NCBI GenBank assembly: GCA_951406725.2
Contig: OX597817.1
Location: forward strand, 172,298,001 to 172,362,000
Direction: 5' to 3'
DNA: 64,000 nucleotides
DNA from: Octopus vulgaris
Lineage: Eukaryota
Shown here: one piece after another, positions 40,891 through 56,669 of the stretch
How the letters are laid out: each line of letters opens with the position of its first letter
Position numbering within the stretch: position 1 is the stretch's first letter
The notes under the pieces: model-generated
What the model was told of the DNA's origin: nothing
The model's input: only the letters and a program-made list of their open reading frames with translations
The model's database searches: none
Made by a program: the position numbers and the translations under genes

Positions 40891-41006
40891 TTACGTATGA
40901 TGAAGCTCCATGATTCAATCGGTTCTATTACCAACTATTATATATATTTTTAGCATAATAATGGTAATACCAAAGACCGTTGGCAGCGGAAACAGCTGTA
41001 AGATGG
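40891..41006 (+). ncRNA. Degenerate hammerhead motif with long stem II (PLE pLTR relic)
   Basis: (a)UGAUGA-AGCUCCA...UGGCAGCG-GAAAC-AGCU-GUA; internal hairpin attacca..tattat/ataata..tggtaat; C3 is mutated and stem I is weak. Confidence 0.5.
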
Positions 41007-41100
41007 GATTGCAGTCTTTTTGTAAATGATTAATAAATAATTGATGCAAATAAATTGCTGTTCATCAAAATTATCTCCATTTCCTGCTTTATTTTAATAA

Positions 41101-41215
<115 letters not shown>

Positions 41216-42431
41216 TGTCTTAAGGGAAATTTTCTAACTAACTCTTCAGAACTGACGCACCAACTCTTCCATTATATGGAAGTGAGACCAAAATAAATAT
41301 GGAAATGTTTTGACATTAAAATTTTCTTTCGTCCACGCTTGCAGTGAGTTAGTAAACAGTTTGATTTTTACATTGCCATTAACGAAACAGTAACTCTCTT
41401 AGAACATGTTGCCTTTTCTTCCGATTTTTTTTTTTGTCTTTTATTGAAGAGTTTGAGTTTGTCAGATGCTATTTGATTTTTTTGTTGTTGTTTTTTTTTT
41501 TCTATAGGGGCTTGGCTTTTTACTTGTTATTTTGAGATATATATTTCAGAGATCCTGACTTGTATGAATTGATATGAAATTACAGAAATCTTGAAATGTT
41601 TTTGTTTCTATATTCTTTTATACAAATCAACAACAAAAAATCGTTTCAGTCAAATGTAAAACTATATTTTGTTTTAATAATATCAAAGGGAAATGATTTC
41701 CTTTTTAACCAAAATGTTAAATTGTTGTTGTTGTTACTTTGAATTTATATCATTTCTACAATTTCTTTTCGCTATTATTGTTGTTGTCATTTGTATTTTT
41801 CTTTTGTTGCAAAATGAAAACGAAAACGAAAAACATCTGCAGACTAATGTTTCAGTAAGACCCAAAGAAATTAGTCACGATATGGTTTTTTTTTCAATTG
41901 TATAAAACACGTCTTGAGTTTGTATAAGACCAAAGGAAATAAAACTGAGACGAATAAATTTACAAACACAATCCGTCTTAGTTGAAATATTATTTGATGC
42001 GTGATTTTTTCATTTTCGTTTGTCAACTACGATTTAGAATGCAAATAAGGAGCATTAAACATTCCCTCTTATCTTTTTCTCTCTTTAAACGAATACAACT
42101 CACTCAGTAACATAAATAATAAGCTCCTGACAAACTGGTTTTTTCCCAATTCTCTTTTGCTTCCCAATTGTACATATTTCACGTTCAGCATTAAACCTCG
42201 TTGGAATTCTCCACAACTAAAGTCAAATATAGTTGATCGCTGTTGATTGATGTGTCTGGTTTTGAAAGCACTGGTAAATGACTCTGTTTATCATATTGGT
42301 ATGAGGAATAAACAAACAGCTTTCGAGGATGAGATTACTACATGAATCGATTACCAAATGCGATTTTAATTTAAACAATACTTTACATCTCGTGAAATAA
42401 CTACTAATCAAATTTCCTTAAGTAAATAAAT

Positions 42432-42665
42432 ACCTATTTCTTTACTACCCACAAGGGGCTAAACACAGAGAGGACAAACAAGGACAGACAAACGGATTAA
42501 GTCGATAATATCGACCCCAGTGCGTAACTGGTACTTATTTAATCAACCCCGAAAGGATGAAAGGCAAAGTCGACCTCGGTGGAATTTGAACTCAGAACGT
42601 AGCGGCAGACGAAATACCGCTAAGCATTTCGTCCGGCGCGCTAACGTTTCTGCCAGTTCTCTACC
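42432..42665 (-). mobile_element. SINE family B
   Basis: Reverse-complement match to 29978-30200. Confidence 0.9.
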
Positions 42666-42686
42666 TTTTAAGTAAATAAATACCAT

Positions 42687-43020
42687 AGGCGTAGGTATGG
42701 TTGTATGGTTAATAAGCCTCCTTTGCTACGACGTGGTTCTGTGTTCAGTCCCACTGCATGTCACCTTGGATAAATATCTTCCACTATATTTTCACAATAT
42801 TTTATGTTGTAGCCCGTCGTATATATGTGTATACGTGTATTTTTATTGCCCAGACCACAACCGCTTCACAACTGGTGTTGGTTTATTTAAGTCCCCACTG
42901 TAACATAGCATTTCGGCAGAAGAAAAAACGACAGAATATGTACCAGATTTAAAGTACTGGGGTCGATTTGTTCGTCCAACCCAACAAAACATAGCTGCAT
43001 TCCAGTGATTGAAACAAGGG
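42687..43020 (+). mobile_element. SINE family A, old copy
   Basis: ggcgtaggtatggttgtatggtta..gttcagtcccactgcatgtcaccttgg..gtactggggtcgatttgttcg..tgattgaaacaag. Confidence 0.75.
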
Positions 43021-44714
43021 ACTTTTAGTAGTTAAAGAGAGCATAGTAACGTTTTGAAATTATGCAATATTATGAAATATTGAAATCGTCTTCCCTTTAT
43101 TTGGAACTGTATGCGCATATGTGCATGCGCACGCGTGTGTGTGTGATCTTAAAACAGCCTGAACATTCTAAGGGTAGGTGGCTCACTTCAAAACACATTC
43201 TAATCGTTTCTTTTCGTTTATTGTTTGTTTCTATTTTTGTCATTTCTGTACATTCAGCGTTCAGAATTTGTTGGCAACTTCTCTGTGAGAACACGCTTTG
43301 CATGGTAGATCTTTAATTCCAAGCGACACCATCCATTATAATATTGGTAAGCGACAAATAGTAAAGGGGGATAATCATATCTGATCAGAAAGTGAATCAG
43401 TTTCTGAAACCGATATTACCAGAAATTAATGAAGCTGAGGGAAAAAAATCAGACGTTGAAAACATATAATGGAATTTTATGAGATTCTACACGAGTAATG
43501 GGGAACGGCAGGTTGGACTGAATGCTAGACTTGTTGACACTGACACAATAATGCGCCAAAAACAGCAACCGAACCTCGGAAGAGGAGAGATCGGTAAATG
43601 CTATCAAGTCGGTTTTCATACCTATCATAACCTATAGTCAAAAACGTTGAGTGCGATCGGTCCACTCGATAGAGTTTTGTAGAGACGTTGTTCGACAGGC
43701 TGCGTAGCTCGGAAATCAAAGAGTCTTTCTAGGTCGAGTCGCTACTTTTCTGCATTGAGAGATCATAGTTCCAGTAGAACAAACATCTGATTAGAGTGCC
43801 GCAGGAAAGAACCGCATGACGGGCTCCTCAAACCGAACCAATCTGCAGGAGACCTAGCGGCAGACAACAACAAAATGGATGAATATTCGTAGTCTCAGTT
43901 AGTTATGCTTGAGAATCTAACCAGAAAGTGTAATGACGGATGCTTCTGACAGGACCCTATGGAGGAGATGCCTGAAGATTCTACATCCACAATTCTCCCA
44001 GGAACAGTGGGCGAAGAAAATGGATAGATTGATACACTAAAAAACTATTACAAAGTCCCCATTAATCTTACAACTTACTGTATCACAGTATTTTCTTTTC
44101 TATTGTTGCTTTTCTTTATGCTGCTTTTTAGTTCCAAAGGATGCAAATTTATGAACAAGGGAACCTTAAAAATGTCACTATTTCTAAAATACGAAACTAT
44201 ACAAATAGGAAACAGCTTTACTACAATTTCTCCTGAGAAACTTTAATGCGGAAATATAGTTATTGTATTAATGCGACGGTAAGACTGACTTTCGCAAACA
44301 TTTTGATTGGAAAATCAATCGCAATTCGTAGTGATAAAATACTAAATTATAATCAATATAAAAGTGATTGGGTGTAACAGATGAAACTTTGATTAAGCCA
44401 GTTAAAGGATACTAATTCAATTTATCTTGTCAGTTATATTTTGGCGTTATTAGCTTTCATTTACATTCTGCTATTTATTATGCATATGTATGCAGTGTAT
44501 AAATTTATATACATATAAGGTAGATACATGTGTGTGTGTGTGTGTGTGTGTGTGCGTACTTATGTATGCATAAATTTATTTGTAGAGTGCAATTTAAACC
44601 TTAAACGGTGTTAGGAATTCCATTCGTGAGTTGTATCCTTTATTAAATCCGGGTTTGGTAGATACACAGAGTGTACGAAGAAAACAAATCAAAATATGAC
44701 AGATTGATTATGAT

Positions 44715-44798
<84 letters not shown>

Positions 44799-44899
44799 GC
44801 ACATACATACATATATACATACATACATAAATACATAATACATACATACATAAATACATACATACATTCATACATACATACATACATACATACATACAT

Positions 44900-45965
44900 G
44901 TTATATGATTGTGAAATGGGTTAAAAACTGTAAACCAGACTAGCAACATCTCAATCAATAATTTGACTGCTTCCCTATATCTGACAAGGAATGTTATAGG
45001 TATCTAGGGGTGGGGGAAAACATATCTTACAATAGCACTTGTAACAAAACACGTGTCACTGAAGAATATTACAGCCGAATTAAGAAAATGTAGACCTCAT
45101 AGCTCTCTGCATTCAATAAAACAGTGGCCCACAATGTGTTTGCAGTGCTAGTGCTCATACCAACTTTGGGCTGCTTGATTGGACGCTTGATGAGATCCGA
45201 GCCATTGATATGAAAACCCGGAAAATACTAACAAACACACATAATTTCCACATAATCAGTGACGTAGACCACTTCCACCTAAAACGAAAACAAGACAGCA
45301 AAGGCTTAACATCGATGCCTTTGAATTTTGAATCATATCCCTTCGGCAACATCTTTTAATCGTCAAGTGTCGAATTGCATCCCTTGACCAAGTTTACATA
45401 CATGAGACTGATAACATCATATGACTTGGCAAGCAGCTCCTTGAGGCCTAAGAAATAAGAACCCACAGTATGGTAGATGCCATAGCTACGCATAATGAAA
45501 GGAGTACTGGTTGTATGTCCCAGTGAAAACCTCAATAAAATGTAAACACAACAGACCTGATATAATGATTTGGGATAAAGAAGAGAAACTGTGTACAGTT
45601 GTTGAAATTAGCTGCCCAGCGGATGTTAACATAAAGCTGAAGATCAATGGGAAGAGAAGGAATACCTACGCGGAACTACGGAGAAATCTGCTGTTACTCT
45701 ATCCAGATAACAAATTCAGGTTTATACCTGGAATTATTGGATCCCTGGGATATGTAACACACCACCTAAATACTAATTTTGAGAAATTAGGCCTCTCAAA
45801 ACCATAAAAGAGAAAGCTAATTCGGAGACTACAGATCCAATCTATCATTGGAACTGTAAAAATCTGTAAAACCTTCCATGAGTTTATCATTTAAATATAC
45901 ATGAGTATGTCTAGATATGCAACTATATGCACGAGAATACATACATAAAACATACAAATCTGCTC
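44900..45965 (+). mobile_element. Decayed REL-type (R4/Dong-related) LINE flanked by (TACA)n
   Basis: YRYLGV, LSAFNKTVAHNVFA, TFGLLDWT.DEIRAIDMKTRK, HNRPDIMIWDKEEK..VVEISCP, GIIGSLG; 3' end runs into (TACA)n. Confidence 0.8.
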
Positions 45966-46143
45966 ATACATACATACATACATACATACATACATACATA
46001 CATGTACCTATCTAGTAGGGTTTCTGTCCGCATGCTTACGAAACCCTACCCTTTTCTGTCGAGGGCTTATGGGCTTATATGCCCCAATATTAGACTATTT
46101 TCTTTAGTCATTGCATGATGATCGCTTATAAGCTTTAGGGTTA

Positions 46144-46176
<33 letters not shown>

Positions 46177-46182
46177 TACATA

Positions 46183-46264
<82 letters not shown>

Positions 46265-46267
46265 CAC

Positions 46268-46311
<44 letters not shown>

Positions 46312-46360
46312 GTGTGTGTGTGTGCATGTATATGTATATATATATATATGTATATATGTA

Positions 46361-46442
<82 letters not shown>

Positions 46443-46451
46443 AATACATAT

Positions 46452-46977
46452 AAAAGAAAGTTAATGAAAAATTGATATACTAATTATTTATTTATTCTAA
46501 GGTATATAAAATCCATAAAATATAGACATTGATAAATAAATAAAATATCTAACGCATGTTTGAGCTGATTTGCCAAGAGCATATCCATTTATAATTATAT
46601 AATTAAATAATGAAATAATTAATTAACACAAGCTATTTAGTAAAACAGCTTCATCAGGGAATATAAGAGAAAGTTCCTAGTTACACCATTTGAATTTGTC
46701 ATAGATATATATATATATTTACCTCTATGACAATTTTAAATGGAGAAACTAGGAACTTTCTTTAAATTCCCTGATGAAGTTGTTTTACTAAATAGATTTT
46801 ATTGATAAATTATTTAATTATATAATTATATAATTATAAATGGATATGCTCTGGGTAAATCAGCTGAAACATGTGTTGGATATTTTATTTATTTATCAAT
46901 GTCAATGTTTTATGGATTTTAAGATAGATAAATAATTAATTAATATACCAATTTTCCATTGTTAACTTTGTTTTATA
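46452..46977. repeat. ~520-bp imperfect palindrome, each arm carrying a hammerhead motif
   Basis: Arms pair around a centre near 46712 (e.g. gaaagttcctagtt/aactaggaactttc, gagcatatccatttataattata/tataattataaatggatatgctc, cattgataaataaataaaatatc/gatattttatttatttatcaatg). Confidence 0.88.
46764..46885 (+). ncRNA. Hammerhead motif with ~80-nt stem II insert (right arm); mirror copy on the minus strand at ~46543-46660
   Basis: UCC-CUGAUGA-AGUUG...CAGCU-GAAAC-AUGU-GUU-GGA; mirror copy UCC-CUGAUGA-AGCUG...CAGCU-cAAAC-AUGC-GUU-AGA. Confidence 0.65.
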
Positions 46978-47111
46978 TTCTGTGGACCTATCTACTTATG
47001 TATTAAAACAAAAGTAATTGTTTGAAATACTCTATGTTCTTCGGTTCTCTTCTGAGACTTATTTTATATCTACCTGGACTTAACTCCCAACTTTTATAAT
47101 TATATATATAT

Positions 47112-47221
47112 AACTAAAAATAAGGGTGTCTGAGAGACAGCACCATGCCGAAATAGCAGTCAAATAGCAGTGACTGCTACTTCGGCATGGTGGTGTCTCT
47201 CAGACACCCTTATTTTTAGTT
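47112..47221. repeat. Near-perfect hairpin, 51-bp arms and 8-nt loop
   Basis: aactaaaaataagggtgtctgagagacagcaccatgccgaaatagcagtca versus the reverse complement of 47171-47221: 2 mismatches. Confidence 0.95.
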
Positions 47222-47289
47222 GTAAAAAATTATTACCTTTGTATGGTATTTTTTCCCATGCTGGCCACTTGATAATATCGATATTATCC

Positions 47290-47328
<39 letters not shown>

Positions 47329-47351
47329 TATACATATATATATATATATGT

Positions 47352-47431
<80 letters not shown>

Positions 47432-47433
<2 letters not shown>

Positions 47434-47583
47434 CATCATCATCATCATCATCATCATTTAGCGTCCGTTTTCCATGCTAGCATGGGTTGGACGGTTCTAC
47501 TGGGGTCTGTGAAGCCAGAAGGCTTCATCAGGCCCAGTCAAATCTGGCAGTGTTTCTACGGCTGGATGCCCTTCCTAACGCCA
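47432..47583 (-). mobile_element. 3' fragment of an RTE-type SINE/LINE with (GAT)n tail
   Basis: (CAT)n then ttagcgtccgttttccatgctagcatgggttggacg ... tttctacggctggatgcccttcctaacgcca. Confidence 0.6.
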
Positions 47584-47585
47584 TG

Positions 47586-47639
<54 letters not shown>

Positions 47640-47719
47640 TACATGCACATATACACACATATATGTACATATATATCTACACAGATGTGAATAAGTACGT
47701 TCATTTTATTATGTATATA

Positions 47720-47930
47720 TACGAGGGGGTACTGAAAGGTTCATGGCTTTGTGTAAAAGAATATACAGAAAGATCAGTTAATTATGATTTTATTCAACGT
47801 ATTCCGCTCTTGGATTCACACGCTTATTGCAGTGTTTCCTCCAGTTTTTCCTTGTAAAAGAACTTGGAAGTTTCGGCCTCCGACGAAGCCTTTCACGATA
47901 CCCTTAAAGCCAGGAACTTTCCTGCACTCC
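47720..47930. mobile_element. Mariner-like MITE remnant
   Basis: Begins ta-cgagggggtactgaaaggttcatggc; gccaggaactttc near the other end; related to 62046-62255. Confidence 0.55.
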
Positions 47931-47988
47931 CTCGTATGCCTAAAAATGTCCATACATCCATCCATACATACATGCATGCATACATACA

Positions 47989-48310
<322 letters not shown>

Positions 48311-48313
<3 letters not shown>

Positions 48314-48605
48314 CATCAGTGGCAGACGCCATTAGAAAAACTTATATCTATTTGCAAAGGAGCCTTCACTTTCATCGCTACCTGGTGGTTACCGCCCGTT
48401 GACGAGGGACAACAATCCCGAAACTAGTTCGAGCGTATCACTCAGGCTTGCGAGGAAGGGATGGCCTCCCTTTGCAAATACTCCAAAGACACAGATATTG
48501 TGTCTAGAGCCAGCTAGAGACGAAGATCTCTTGGGGCTATAAAGCTACAGTAACACCCCCTCCCCAATGTGGTTAGCCATGATAAGATGGCTTCTATACT
48601 GTACA
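48311..48605 (+). mobile_element. ~290-nt structured non-coding element with hammerhead ribozyme (retrozyme-like or solo pLTR) in (TA)n
   Basis: HHR at 48393-48435 sits on a ~50-bp imperfect stem (48349-48398 pairs with 48430-48480); additional hairpins; sharp (TA)n boundaries. Confidence 0.7.
48393..48435 (+). ncRNA. Minimal type-I hammerhead ribozyme (C3U variant)
   Basis: CGCCCG-UUGACGA-GGGA-caacaa-UCCC-GAAAC-UA-GUU-CGAGCG; palindromic AACUAGUU stem III. Confidence 0.78.
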
Positions 48606-48618
48606 TTATATATATATA

Positions 48619-48688
<70 letters not shown>

Positions 48689-49069
48689 CATGTACATACA
48701 TATATATAGTAACTAGATACAAATTCTGAGCATGCTCAACGACTAATTACACTTACTATAATATTGAATTTGAAATTGTAAATACCAGGAATAGGTTTAT
48801 GTAGTAGCTAAAAAGTGCACGAACTCCAGTTCGTTGTTAGACAATTTGACGTCCGTCAAATAGTGATAAGCATCCAAGTTACAATGTCACCACGTTATTT
48901 CAATCTATTATTTGAGTTTCAGTTTGTATTATATTTTCCTTCACGCAGTTCAAACTTAGCTCGTGACGAAAGCAAATGTTTCTTAACTCAGAGACCTGAA
49001 TGCGTGTGGAGTCGATGCTACGAGTGATTCATGATATATTTTCAGTTTTTCATTATTTTTATTGTTAAG

Positions 49070-49250
49070 ATAGCGAGCTGGCAGTATTGTTAGCACACGG
49101 GGCAAAATGCTTGGCGGCATTTCGTCCGTCTTAACAGTTTGAGTTCAAATGCCACCGAGAGCCACTTTGCTCACCTGGTACTTATTTTCGAAGAATTAAA
49201 TACCAGTTGTGCACTGGGATCGAAGACTATCCCCTCTTAAAATTTCAGAA
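49070..49250 (+). mobile_element. SINE family B, old copy
   Basis: gcgagctggcagtattgttagcacacggggcaaaatgc..gagttcaaatgccaccgag. Confidence 0.75.
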
Positions 49251-51779
49251 TTATTATTAATATTATTGGCTCCAGTTTATTGATATCTTGACAGTAAAAA
49301 ATGTCCATACTTCACAATGGTATTTCCAAATGTTAACGTTAAGATGGACGAACCTTGAAAAACTATCTATTTTACTTTTGAAATAAGATCATTGTAAAGA
49401 CCTATTTTGCCAGTTTTCTAAAAACTATATGAGCTGTTGCAATTCAGGGTTCCACGTTGGAAAGAAAACTTCCAAGATAGGAAAAGAGATAAAATTGTTC
49501 GAGGGATGTTTCAGATATAGTAATGTTGGAATCAAGATCTTCGAAGAAGGTTTGGCAAGTACTTCGGTATTTTTGATATTCGTTGTGGGATCGAAGTGGC
49601 TTTATACACTAGTGAAGTTGTTGACTGATTTCTAGAGTTCCTGATGTGTGTGTCACAGAGAACGTTCTCATTTGAATACTGAGGTTCTGAGATGCATTGG
49701 ACATTGTAAATCGATGATATGAAATCCTGGCTATATTAAGTTGTCTTCTGCCATCAAAACTGTATTTGATGTCAACGCATTGATTTTATTTCTGAAATTC
49801 AAAAGGAATCGCAGGCTAATATAAAGGAATATAGGTGCGAGAGCAAACATTGTTTTATTTAATATAATTGTTGTATATTATGTGTATATTTATAATAATA
49901 AATGCGTCTTTGCACCAGTCAATCAAGATCCCTGAATTGATGCAGCCAATCATTTTATAATCAGCCATAGCCACTGGTCTCTATTCTCTGTTATGGTCGA
50001 CAGTTTCGCTGTATCGTGACCTGTCCAGTTTTTGGTGTTATCAAACCAGGATTTTCTGTCTGCCTCTTTCTCTCATCTTCCTTCATCTGTGCTCAGAAGA
50101 ATGGTTTTGGACAGAGAGCTGTGGCGGGATACGTGATCATACCAGGCAGGCTTTCGTCTTTTCCCTCTTCGCGTAAGAATTTTAAATATTCAATGATTTC
50201 TGATAATATTTATTACGAAATTCGAATTTTACACGACTTTTAACGTCAAAGAAGATTGGATAATTTTGTGTCTTACTGTCTTAACTGCTCAGCTCATCAT
50301 AGATAGTTAGTAAGTGCAACTACAAGGCAACCAGCTATTAAAACTATTATGTAACATAAACTGCAGGGTTAATAAAAGAAATTCTAACAGGCAGAAAACT
50401 GCTGACGCTATTTACTTAAGAAGGTCGTGTAATTACTAGTTTACGCCAAAATAGAAAATGGTAAAAATATTTCCGGCAGAATACCTCAGGTAAAGCAAGG
50501 GGAAACATCAATATTCGTCCATATTATCACCATGGCCGCTGAATCTTTGGATGAAAACAGACCCAATCTGGTGGGGGTAAAGTCTGGAATCATTTCTCCG
50601 AGACACCGCATAAAAGTCGATATTGTTTTGAAAGCTAACAAGTCACAAGTATATCATAAAATGAAAACAGCGGGAGACAATCTGATGACGGAGAAGTCGT
50701 AGCTTGAAACAGCTGCTGATGTAGAAAACCTCAAACATTCTATGTTGGAAATCTATTTTCGAGGAACTCATCAAAAGAAACATCTGTTACCACTTTCATG
50801 TAACCACTTATATATTTAGTGCCTAAGTAGCACGAGATCCTTTTTTCTAATGGATACGCAAACGAACATTTTTATGCATTTTTAATCTCTGTAACGGAGA
50901 GATCATTCTTCTTAACGAGCTTTAGAAGTTAATCCGTTTCTAACAATACACCACAGTATATTAAACGAAACTACTCAACCACCAATTCATTAAATTACTC
51001 GTTAATTTCCACAGCTTTTTAAAAGCATGATTTCGGGTTTCGAACCAATAAGACATTCTGTGCATGTCTTCTACCATTATTTCGAAAGTCGTTCAGTTTC
51101 ACAGAACCTGTTCTTGTATGGCAGACGAAATCCATCTCCCAGTTAACGCGACTAAATCTTTTTTGTGTGGCGATGGAGAATCCTGACCCAGTTTGAAGAT
51201 GGCCTTTCAGTTGTAGTTCCCTTTTTTTCTCTTCTCCCTATACCAGTTTACGAGGCTCTACGAAAATCATATTCGCAGCCGTTTTTCCTCTAACAAAGCC
51301 TTAAAAACTATCCTGTATGTATCTTGATACCGCACAACCAATAAAACAATCGCCACAGGCCAACAGAGCCACGTAAGAATTACCCTTTAAGATTGTTAGT
51401 GCACATAGCAAATTCATGCGATCCCAAGTTTAGTCTAAAGTAGATGTTTTATAAAATTCCAGCAGAATCTCTTAGATATACTTAACCCTTTCATTGCAAA
51501 ATTAAATTTCATGGTTATTCCAGTAATGATGTTAAATATCTACATAAAAAAAAATAGAATTGGCATTTTATGCCAGTCACGTTGCCTCTCAGTAAACTTG
51601 ACATGTCTCAACAGAAGACAGTTTTAAATATAACGTTCCTCAGCAAAAGATAAGATTGGTATTTAAAACTGCTCTCCGCAGTTAAGGGAAAGGAAATTTT
51701 GTGTGGATATAAAAGAACCATCAACATTGGTTAGTAATTATATCGCAGCCTCTAAATCTTTGGCGTAAGAGAGAACCAA

Positions 51780-54960
<3,181 letters not shown>

Positions 54961-55398
54961 AATATGAAATTTCCCGTTATTTGTCGTTATAGGTGTGTCT
55001 TCATCTCGCAGCGAGGAATTTTTGTATTGTTATCTAGTGCAAATACAAATAGAGAGAAAAATGTTCCCCCTGTTTTCTTTCGTGAGTGATCCAAGCGGAA
55101 ACCTCCTGAGATGCGTCGGACGTCTTCTGTATAACGAAGACATTTAATTTAACATGTTTAGATACAATTTATGGTTTCCTTGATTTGTTTAAATTTCAAC
55201 TCAAGATGGATTCCCGTCCAGAATAAGGAGCCCCACCTCAAAAATAACGGTTCAGATTTTGACATGAGGCGCGTAAATTCAATTTCCTTTTTCTTACTCT
55301 GTTCTTATTCTTTCTCTTTTTCATTACAATGAAAATGTTCACTGCTGTGGAACTGTTCGTTATAATGAAATTGTTCACTACAATGTATGTTTAACATA

Positions 55399-55774
55399 TC
55401 TCTATCTCTATATATAAACGGCAGTTTGTCTGTGCGTGTTTCTGTGTGTCTGTTTGCTTGTACCCTCAACCTGACCACGGCTTTCAACCGATTCTGATGA
55501 AACTTGACACACACATAGCCCAACGTCATAATTCAAAACTAACGCAGCCAAAATTTTGAAAAGTTCTGCCAGTTCTGAAAAAAATCGATAAATTCGACAT
55601 GGGGTCGAGAATCAGAAACACGAACCACAAACTGTCTAGGGGACGCAACTCCATCCTTTTTTAACTCTCAAAAAAAATTACCATATATTTTTCCATTTTT
55701 TGGCTATAACTCTCTAAAAATGCTTTATAGTTATTTCCCTTACAAACCTGAGCAACGCCGGGCGATACTGCTAG
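55399..55774 (+). mobile_element. Non-autonomous Helitron
   Basis: a|TC(tcta)tatatata start; 3' hairpin cctgagcaacgccggg, then CTAG|t; no TSD. Confidence 0.8.
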
Positions 55775-55924
55775 TGTTAAATAAGAAGCATCTGCTATGC
55801 ATAATGAAATTGCTCTCGATATGATATAAACCACGCAGGGAAATGTATACCATTATTCAGTTTATTTCAAGATTTCTTGCCAATAGAGAAAGAACCTAGA
55901 TCCAGGTAATTATATCTATATATC

Positions 55925-55959
<35 letters not shown>

Positions 55960-55960
<1 letters not shown>

Positions 55961-56198
55961 GAGGCGGAATGGTCCAGTAGTTAGGGCAGCGGACTCGCGG
56001 TTAGAGGATCGCAGTATATTACCGTTGGCGATTTTTTTCCCTCTGTCTTCCCTTCTCTGGATCTTTCCTTCTCCTATGTTTCCGACGAAGAGCTCCGCTC
56101 AAAACGTTAAACCCTCCTTCTTCCCTTCCTTCCTGAGCGTCCAATAATACTATATTTGTTCCACGTCCTCGCGTTGTTGTGTTTTCATGTTTGGATTA

Positions 56199-56200
<2 letters not shown>
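55960..56200 (+). mobile_element. Truncated SINE-C tRNA head joined to an HHR-bearing pLTR-like relic
   Basis: 55960-56012 matches the head at 29635-29686; GUUU-CCGACGA-A-GAGC-ucc-GCUC-aAAACGUU-AAAC at 56078-56112. Confidence 0.6.
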
Positions 56201-56256
<56 letters not shown>

Positions 56257-56669
56257 TATTCTTGACTAGATACATTCATAAATTCAAAAATTAATACGTA
56301 CATACATGCATACCTACATAAATACATACATAATACATACATTCATACATACATACATACATACATACATACATACATACATACATACATACATACATAC
56401 ATACATACATACATACATACATACATACAAACGAAGTGGAGTCTTCAAGCAAACAAAACATTTAGCTAACGCGCGTTTTGAGATTACAGCATGTAAGCGG
56501 AACAGTAAAAGTATATAAGACGTTTTTAAGTTCAACATATAGCTCTTCACCATTATTGTTATCTAAATTTCTATCAAGCTTCGTTCCTTCGTGAGAAACC
56601 CGTTCCTATTTAGAGGAATAATTCAAAGAATTAAAAACGACGATTAACATATATATAGGCAGACGTATA

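Noticed and set aside
43490-44010. GC-richer segment, possible gag relic on the minus strand
   Set aside because: Only a PADWF-like hint with no continuous frame; unsupported without a search
50676-50725. ctgatga...gaaacagctg hammerhead-like string
   Set aside because: Stem II does not abut GAAA, there is no NUH triplet after stem III, and stem I is poor; probably chance
49300-51700. Repeat-poor unique-looking stretch, possible exons or an old element
   Set aside because: No ORF over ~75 aa and no motif or splice pattern I can support
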